Positions 8,928 through 15,213 of a stretch of 25,289 bases of DNA are shown here, one piece after another; position 1 is the stretch's first letter, and every line of letters begins with the position of its first letter. Made by a program: the position numbers and the translations under genes. The notes under the pieces are model-generated. The model was not told the DNA's origin and ran no database searches. It saw only the letters and a list, made by a program, of their open reading frames with translations. Source of the DNA: Steroidobacteraceae bacterium (lineage in GTDB: Bacteria; Pseudomonadota; Gammaproteobacteria; Steroidobacterales; Steroidobacteraceae); assembly GCA_035458405.1 (NCBI GenBank), contig DATHZW010000293.1:1-25289 (forward strand). Reading direction: 5' to 3'.

Positions 8928-10199
8928 CTATTCAGTCGGCTCCGGAAGGCGGCCCGAGCTGTCGGTGGAGCGGACCCAGGCCAGGAACGTCGCCACGCCG
9001 TTGACGGCGTTGACGCAACGGATCGAATGAAAGAGGTCGAAGGCGTGCTGCGCTCCGTAGAGTTCCGCGTAGGCCACCGGCTGGCAGGACACCCGGCGCA
9101 GCGCCGCCACGAACCGGCGTCCTCCCTCCGGCCAGACGAGCGAGTCATGCGACCCGTGCAGGACGAGGAACGGCGGCGCCTCGGCGTGGACACAGCGGAT
9201 CGGCGAGGCGCGCTCCCACTCGTCCCGCTCGTCCCGCGGGCTGGACTTCATGACCAGCCTTTCCACGAAGCTTGGACGCGACGACTGCGCCACGTCTTCG
9301 CCGTTGTGCTCCAGGAAGTCGAAGGCGCCGTAGAAGGGCACCGCCGCGACCACGGAGGTGTCGATGTCCTCGAAGCCGGGCTGGTACTGCGGATCGTTTG
9401 CGGTCAGGGCGACCAGCGAGGCGAGGTGCCCGCCGGCCGAGCCACCGGTCACCGCCAGGAACCCGGGATCGCCGCCGTAGTCGGCGATGTTCTCGCGGAT
9501 CCAGCGGATCGCCAGCTTGCAGTCGATGAGATGCTCCGGAAACGTCGCCTGCGGGCTGCGGCGGTAGTTCGGCGCGACACAGACCCAGCCCTGTCGCGCC
9601 ATCTCGTTCATCAGCGGCACGCCCTGGTCGTCCTTCCGGCCGAGGACCCATGCGCCGCCATGGATCTGCAGCAGCACCGGACAGCCGTGGGCGTGGCCGC
9701 GCGGCCGGTAGACATCCAGCCGGTTGCGCCGTCCAGCCGGACCGTAGACGATGTCCTTGACGCGCTCCACGTGCTCCCGGTCGTTGACGCGAAACGGCCT
9801 GACCCAGCGCGCGAACGGCGCGCCGGCCCTGAGCCCGGTGGCCCACTCCGGGCGGATGCCCTGGAAGAACCGCGCGCCAAGGCCTTCCTGCAGGCCGCGG
9901 TCGATCGCAGGCTGAGATTTCAGCGAGCGCCAGTGGAGCCGCAGCAGCAGCACCCAGGACGCCGCGACGAACGCCAGGCCGGCCCAGCCCTGCCAGTGAT
10001 CCAGGGCGCCCCACCAGGCAAAGACGGCCGTCACCAGCGCCGACAGCGCCATGTGGTGCAGCGGCAGCTCGGCGACCGGCCAGGCGACGAGGAAATACAG
10101 CGGACCCTGGCCCGGCGGCCAGCGGCCACGCGAAACGGCGACTGCCGTGCCGAAGGCACCCCAGGCAGCCAGGACCAGGTAGAGCCACGCCGCGATCAT
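8928..10199 (-). CDS. HSL-family alpha/beta hydrolase (esterase/lipase) with N-terminal membrane segments
   Basis: Oxyanion motif IHGGAW, nucleophile elbow GGSAGG, HG.HD (Asp) and QHAFD (His). The first ~90 aa contain 3-4 hydrophobic helices. ATGA-type overlap with the HMG-CoA reductase stop. Confidence 0.92.
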   Translation of the reverse strand: MIAAWLYLVLAAWGAFGTAVAVSRGRWPPGQGPLYFLVAWPVAELPLHHMALSALVTAVFAWWGALDHWQGWAGLAFVAASWVLLLRLHWRSLKSQPAIDRGLQEGLGARFFQGIRPEWATGLRAGAPFARWVRPFRVNDREHVERVKDIVYGPAGRRNRLDVYRPRGHAHGCPVLLQIHGGAWVLGRKDDQGVPLMNEMARQGWVCVAPNYRRSPQATFPEHLIDCKLAIRWIRENIADYGGDPGFLAVTGGSAGGHLASLVALTANDPQYQPGFEDIDTSVVAAVPFYGAFDFLEHNGEDVAQSSRPSFVERLVMKSSPRDERDEWERASPIRCVHAEAPPFLVLHGSHDSLVWPEGGRRFVAALRRVSCQPVAYAELYGAQHAFDLFHSIRCVNAVNGVATFLAWVRSTDSSGRLPEPTE

Positions 10200-11377
10200 G
10201 GCGCCGGTCGGTTGCGCCCGAGCCGCTCGTGGCTGGTGACCCAGTCGCCCGCGATGACGGAGCAGCCGAGCGAGATGTCACCTGCGAGCACGACTGCGGC
10301 GGCGATCTCTGCGAGCTTGTCGGCGGTGCCGGCGCCGTCGCAACCGAGAATCTTCAGGCATTCCTGCTGCGTGGGCAGGCCGGTGCCGCCGCCGCGCGTG
10401 CCGACGATGACGGACGGAAGCGTCACGGACCAGTAGTAGTCGCCGTTGTCACGGTACTGGGCGTAGGTGATCCCGGCATGGCACTCCGCGACGTTGGCCG
10501 CATCCTGGCCCGTCGCGATGAACAGGGCGGCGAGGCCGTTCGCGGCGTGGGGGCCGTTGTAGGTGGCGCCGGCCTGCATCGCCCCGGCGTTGGCGATGTT
10601 CCGGGCCCGGAACAGGGCCGAGGTCTCGACCCGCATGACGCGCCTGAGCACCTCGGCCGGGATGACGATCTCCGCGATCACGCGGCGCCCGCGCGAACGG
10701 ATGAGATTCATCGCCGAGTGTTTCTTGTCGGTGTCGGTGGCCCCCGACAGCATGTACTCCGGATGCAGCGGGTGGGCCTCGCGCAGCCACTCGCAGGCCG
10801 CATGGGTGGCCTTGCCGGTCATGTTCTGGCCCGCGGCGTCGCCGGTCGTGTAGTTGAAGCGCGTGTGCAGCAGGTTGCCGACGTTGTATTGCTCGATCTC
10901 GACCAGCCGGCCGTAGCCGGTCGTGCCTTCGGCGACCTGCCGGACCTCCTCGAAGCTCGCCGCGAGCCACTGGCCGAAGTCGCGGGCCTGCAATGCGTCG
11001 GCAAAGATGAACACCGGCGCGCGCTGCATCGACGTCTTGACGATTGTCGCCCTGACGCCGCCGCTCTCGGTGATCACGCGCGCGCCGCGGCTGTAGCTGG
11101 CGACGAGCGTGCCCTCGGTCGTGGCAAGCGGGATGTAGAAGTCGCCCCGCGCGTGCTCACCTATGATCCTGAGGGGCCCGGCCAGCCCGACCGGGACCTG
11201 GGCGACGCCGATCAGGTTCTCGACGTTGCCTGCCGTGAGGCCGGGATCGAAGGACAGGCGGGGCAGGTGCTCGAGCGAAGCCCCGGTTTGCTCCTCCAGG
11301 AATTCACGGCGACGCCGCAGCGCGGCGGCCGAGTAGTCATCCTGTGGATTGCGCGGAATCGGGATGCGCTCGCTCAT
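10196..11377 (-). CDS. hmgA: class I hydroxymethylglutaryl-CoA reductase
   Basis: 393 aa from MSERIPIPR (11377). ENLIG, PLATTEGTLVAS (Glu), GDAAGQNM, SGATDTDKK (Lys), TGQD (Asp), GTRGGGT and SHERLGR (His). All four catalytic positions of class I HMGR are recognisable. Confidence 0.92.
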   Translation of the reverse strand: MSERIPIPRNPQDDYSAAALRRRREFLEEQTGASLEHLPRLSFDPGLTAGNVENLIGVAQVPVGLAGPLRIIGEHARGDFYIPLATTEGTLVASYSRGARVITESGGVRATIVKTSMQRAPVFIFADALQARDFGQWLAASFEEVRQVAEGTTGYGRLVEIEQYNVGNLLHTRFNYTTGDAAGQNMTGKATHAACEWLREAHPLHPEYMLSGATDTDKKHSAMNLIRSRGRRVIAEIVIPAEVLRRVMRVETSALFRARNIANAGAMQAGATYNGPHAANGLAALFIATGQDAANVAECHAGITYAQYRDNGDYYWSVTLPSVIVGTRGGGTGLPTQQECLKILGCDGAGTADKLAEIAAAVVLAGDISLGCSVIAGDWVTSHERLGRNRPAP

Positions 11378-11838
11378 GGCGCCCGCCTCCCCGGTGCCGA
11401 GTCCATGCGAAACGCGAACGGCAGCAACTCGCCTATCGGCGCGGCACGCATCGCCGGACCCGGCCACGCGAAATGGACCAGGACGTCTGGCCCCAGCGCG
11501 AGCTCGCTGATGCGCTGGCGACAGCCACCGCAGGGGGAAATGCAGAAGGGCTCGCCGTCGTCGGTCTCGGCCCAGACGCCGACCTCGGCGATCCTGAACC
11601 CGGCGCCCTCCGCCAGGACGCCCGCGGCAATCGCCGCCGGTTCAGCGCAGTTGCCCAGGGGAAAGGCCGCGTTCTCGACGTTGCAGCCCGAGTAGATGCG
11701 CCCCGCCTGTGACAGCACGGCCGCGCCGACGTGGACGCCGGAACGCGACGCATAGGCCTGCCGCGCTGCTGACCGGGCGGCGTCGATCAACGCGTCCCGC
11801 GTGGCATCGTTTCCGGGCAACAGGCGAACGGCTTCCAT
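11374..11838 (-). CDS. cdd: homotetrameric-type cytidine deaminase
   Basis: GCNVENAAF, CAE, PCGGCRQ and LLPFAF motifs. The N-terminal AYAPYS motif is altered to AYASRS. Confidence 0.88.
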   Translation of the reverse strand: MEAVRLLPGNDATRDALIDAARSAARQAYASRSGVHVGAAVLSQAGRIYSGCNVENAAFPLGNCAEPAAIAAGVLAEGAGFRIAEVGVWAETDDGEPFCISPCGGCRQRISELALGPDVLVHFAWPGPAMRAAPIGELLPFAFRMDSAPGRRAP

Positions 11839-11925
11839 GGGTGTCTCCCGCGGGTGGAACCGCCACTTTACGCGGCGGCTCCCGGCTGCGCAGCAGTCAG
11901 GGCCGGCGAACGTGGCCGTGCCGCC

Positions 11926-12378
11926 TCAGTGCGCGGCGGCGAAGTGCAGGTCTTCGGTCAATCGTTCCAGGATTTCCCGCGCGCTCAGGTTCGCGAAGTC
12001 GCTCGCCAGTTCCTTGTCGATCCGCTTGCGCGTCTCCGGGTCCAGCGAAGCCCGCAGGCTGCCCAGGAACCGTGGCGGCGCGACCAGGAGCAGGTGCTCG
12101 AAGTCTCCCCTGGCACGCGCCAGGCAGATTTCGTCTCCCAGCAGCTTCGCGAAGGCCCTGGCCTCGTGCTCTCGCGGACTGTCCTGGCTGGAGTAGGCGT
12201 GGCTGCGACCCTGGCTGTTCGTCGTCCGCCCGGCCCGGTCGCTCACCAGGCGCCGCTCGTTGACCAGCGCCTCCGGGTGGGTGAAGTCCATGAGTTCCTC
12301 GAGCGGCCCGGACGGCGAGTCCGTGCCAAAGACACGCGCCGATCCGCTGTCGGCCACCACGATCCAGGTGTTCGGCAT
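11926..12378 (-). CDS. host-attachment protein family (AtsE/Host_attach, baeRF-type release-factor homologue)
   Basis: 150 aa from MPNTWIVVADSGSARVF, with L..P......L.SDRAGR, EARAFAK.L, LLLVAPPRFLG.LR and KELASDF. GAGGAG SD upstream of 12378. Confidence 0.88.
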   Translation of the reverse strand: MPNTWIVVADSGSARVFGTDSPSGPLEELMDFTHPEALVNERRLVSDRAGRTTNSQGRSHAYSSQDSPREHEARAFAKLLGDEICLARARGDFEHLLLVAPPRFLGSLRASLDPETRKRIDKELASDFANLSAREILERLTEDLHFAAAH

Positions 12379-13100
12379 GTAGGCCTCCTCGGAACCGGGG
12401 CAGGCCCTGACGATCGTCACGGGCGCCCCGCCATTCCCTGCAGTCACCCTGCTGCCAACTTACGCCGGCCCGGGCGGCGCGTCTGCCGGGACTTGCCGAA
12501 TCTCCCGGGGCACACTGCGGCCGCCGGATGCCCGCACTGCCGGCGGGCGACGTGAAGGTCTGCCGCGCAGTCGCCGCGGAGACCGTCGAGCCCGGTTCTT
12601 CAGGCGCCGGGCCGACAGCGCCATCGTCCACGGGCTGTCGGCCGCGCGCTGCGGCTAGGATCGTTTTCGGGGCGGCGAGGTCGTACAGGGCAACTTCGAC
12701 AACTGTCCCGTGCTGCGCGTCAGCGAGCTGCCAAGAGTCGAGTTGCACCTTGTCGGCGGCACCACGAAGGCTACCGGCATCGACGGGGCGGGAGGCGCCG
12801 CCTCGCGGCCCGCCACCGCATCGGGTAACCAGCCCTTCAGGCCCGGGGGAGACGCATGGACTGCTCCCCGCTTGCGGCGTATCCGGGTTCCTCCGCCACC
12901 CAGGTGGTCGAGGCACGCCGGTTCGTGACAGCCCACCTGGCGGGAATACGTACAAACCACGGTCGGGAGTGAGACTCGTTATCCCATCGGACGTCGCAGC
13001 GAGCGCAGAATCTTTTCGGAACGCCAGGTACAAGAACGCTTTTCAAGGCGACGGCGGTAACCGTGACGGTGCCGCCAGGACGACCAGGGAGGGGACGTTC

Positions 13101-13661
13101 ATGGTGGCCGTACTCCATTTCCCGGACGCACCGCAGGCCGCCGCGCTGGCGGCGCTCGTGACGGAGGGCCGGCGCGCCGCAGAGAACACCCTGGCTTCCC
13201 TGTTCTACGACAGCGTGCGATCGTTCCTGTCGTCACACACGCGCGACCCGTACGCCGCCGGCGAACTGGCCGACGACGTCCTCATGGCGGCGCTGCTGGC
13301 GCTGCGCAGGGGCGTGGTCCGTGATCCGGGGAAGATCGGCGCCTTCATCCACGGCATCGCGGTTCACGTGGCCAACAGCCACCGGCGCCGCCAGCATCGG
13401 CAATTGCCCTCGCGCAGCCTCAGCGGCGACATCCCCGATGCGATTGCCGCGGACCAGGTCGCCCAGGCCGACCAGCTGGATGCCGTGCATCGCGTGCTCG
13501 AGGCGCTCGAGGAGACCGACCGCCGCATCCTGGGGATGCTGCTGGACGAGGGCCTGAGCGAGCGCGAGGTCGCCGAGCGCATGTCGCTCAAGGTTGCCAC
13601 CGTGCGCCAGCGCAAGAGACGGATGATCCTCAAGCTGGGCGCACGGCTGCGCGACCACTAG
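13101..13661 (+). CDS. ECF-type sigma-70 factor
   Basis: Region 2-like segment (AGELADDVLMAALLALRRG...AFIHGIAVHVANSHRRR) and region 4.2 HTH (DRRILGMLLDEGLSEREVAERMSLKVATVRQRKRR). GGAGGGG SD before ATG at 13101. Confidence 0.85.
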   Translation: MVAVLHFPDAPQAAALAALVTEGRRAAENTLASLFYDSVRSFLSSHTRDPYAAGELADDVLMAALLALRRGVVRDPGKIGAFIHGIAVHVANSHRRRQHRQLPSRSLSGDIPDAIAADQVAQADQLDAVHRVLEALEETDRRILGMLLDEGLSEREVAERMSLKVATVRQRKRRMILKLGARLRDH

Positions 13662-13750
13662 ACGGCGATTCCTGCCCATGCCAGCGGCCACCCGGACGCA
13701 TCGGGCCGAACGCATTAATATGTCGGCGAGACCGGCTGTGTGGATCCCCG

Positions 13751-14017
13751 ATGCCCCGACTCGACCTGCTGGCGCTGGCGATAGCGTTGATATTCCTGGT
13801 GAACCTGCCTTTCGGCTACTGGCGGGCGGGACTGAAGAAGTTCTCGGCGGGATGGTTCGTGGCGATCCACGCGCCCGTGCCGCTGGTGGTCGCACTGCGC
13901 TGGGGGCTGGGGCTGCCGTTCAGCTGGAGCACCCTGCCCCTGTTCGTGGCCGCCTATTTTGCCGGGCAGTTCCTCGGCAGCCGCCTGAGGAACCGGCGTG
14001 GGGAGGTGGCCGGCTGA
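13751..14017 (+). CDS. small integral membrane protein of unknown function
   Basis: 88 aa with three hydrophobic segments. The NLPFGYWR...KFS..WF.AIH.PVP signature resembles a conserved uncharacterised family (recognition by eye). Codon usage looks native. Confidence 0.75.
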   Translation: MPRLDLLALAIALIFLVNLPFGYWRAGLKKFSAGWFVAIHAPVPLVVALRWGLGLPFSWSTLPLFVAAYFAGQFLGSRLRNRRGEVAG

Positions 14018-14173
14018 GTGGCCGGGCGGCTACGCAGAAGTACCCATGTACCCGCCGCTTGAGACCTCCCTGGACCGTCTCGTACGCCCGGGAACCGGCA
14101 CGGCCGGCCGCCGGCCGCAGGGAGCGGCCGCAGCCATGACGGCGCCCACCGGAACAGTCCGAAAATTCCGGCA

Positions 14174-14202
14174 TTGCGGTAACCGCCGCCTCGGGGTAGA
14201 AG
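14174..14202 (+). promoter_or_regulatory. possible sigma70 promoter TTGCGG-N17-TAGAAG overlapped by the palindrome GCGGTAACCGC
   Basis: -35-like TTGCGG at 14174-14179, exactly 17-nt spacer, -10-like TAGAAG at 14197-14202 (lacks the final T). It lies about 50 nt upstream of the nfnA-like start. Confidence 0.3.
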
Positions 14203-14253
14203 CGTTCCAATTATTCGCCCGTGCCGCGGGCGATCGCCCGACAGGTGACGCCG

Positions 14254-15159
14254 ATGACCACGCCCGGTACTGAGTCTAAATATGAAATCGTCGCGCGCGA
14301 GGACTTTTCCGACGTCACTTACCTGCTGGAAGTGAGTCACCCGCGCATGGCGCGGGCTGCAAAGCCGGGCCAGTTCGTGATCGTCATGTCGCACGCCGAA
14401 GGCGAGCGCATTCCGCTGACCATCGCCGACTTCGACCGCAAGAAGGGCACCATCACGCTGGTCATCCAGGCGGTCGGCAAGACCACCAAGGAAATGCAGC
14501 GCGACTGCAAGCTGGGCACCCGGCTGCACGCGCTGGTCGGGCCCATGGGCATCCCCAGCCACATCGGCGAGGCCAGGAAGGTGCTGTGCGTCGGTGGCGG
14601 CCTCGGCGTGGCGCCGGTCTTCCCGCAGGCGCGCGGCTTCAAGGAAGCCGGCGCCTACGTGATCGGCGTGCTTGGCTTCCGCAACAAGGACCTGGTGTTC
14701 TGGGAGGACAAGTTCCGCGGCGTCTGCGACGAACTGATCCTCTGCACGGATGACGGCTCGGCCGGCATCAAGGGCATGGTGACCGACGGCATGAAGCTGG
14801 CCATCGACAAGCACCCGGACATCGACGAGTGCGTCGCGATCGGCCCGCCGATCATGATGAAGTTCTGCGCCGCGACCACCAGGCCGCACGGCATCAAGAC
14901 CATGGTCAGCCTCAACCCGGTCATGGTCGACGGCACCGGCATGTGCGGCGGCTGCCGCGTCAAGCTCGACAGCGGCATCAAGTTCGCCTGCGTCGACGGG
15001 CCGGACTTCGACGGCCACGAGGTGGATTTCGACGACCTGATGTCGCGCCTCGGCCGCTATCGCGAGACCGAGCAGAAGGCAATGGCCCGATTCGAGGAAA
15101 GTTGCCACATGCGCGAAGACTTCGTGGCAGCCTCCGCCCAGGAAGCCAAGCCGGGCTGA
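14254..15159 (+). CDS. nfnA: NfnA/SudB-like FAD/NAD-binding [2Fe-2S] subunit (sulfide/dihydroorotate dehydrogenase-like)
   Basis: PGQFVIV, ERIPLTIAD, GPMG, GGGLGVAP, DGTGMCGGCRV...FACVDGPDFDGH (Asp/Cys3 [2Fe-2S] motif). Start is probably MTTPG at 14254. Confidence 0.9.
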   Translation: MTTPGTESKYEIVAREDFSDVTYLLEVSHPRMARAAKPGQFVIVMSHAEGERIPLTIADFDRKKGTITLVIQAVGKTTKEMQRDCKLGTRLHALVGPMGIPSHIGEARKVLCVGGGLGVAPVFPQARGFKEAGAYVIGVLGFRNKDLVFWEDKFRGVCDELILCTDDGSAGIKGMVTDGMKLAIDKHPDIDECVAIGPPIMMKFCAATTRPHGIKTMVSLNPVMVDGTGMCGGCRVKLDSGIKFACVDGPDFDGHEVDFDDLMSRLGRYRETEQKAMARFEESCHMREDFVAASAQEAKPG

Positions 15160-15213
15160 GCCGCACGTCGCACCGAGACAACCCGGACCCCACAGACACA
15201 CCACGGCAGGACC

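Noticed and set aside
14018-14253. FNR/Rex-type anaerobic operator expected upstream of the redox operon
   Set aside because: No TTGAT-N4-ATCAA or TTGTGAA-N4-TTCACAA match seen by eye.
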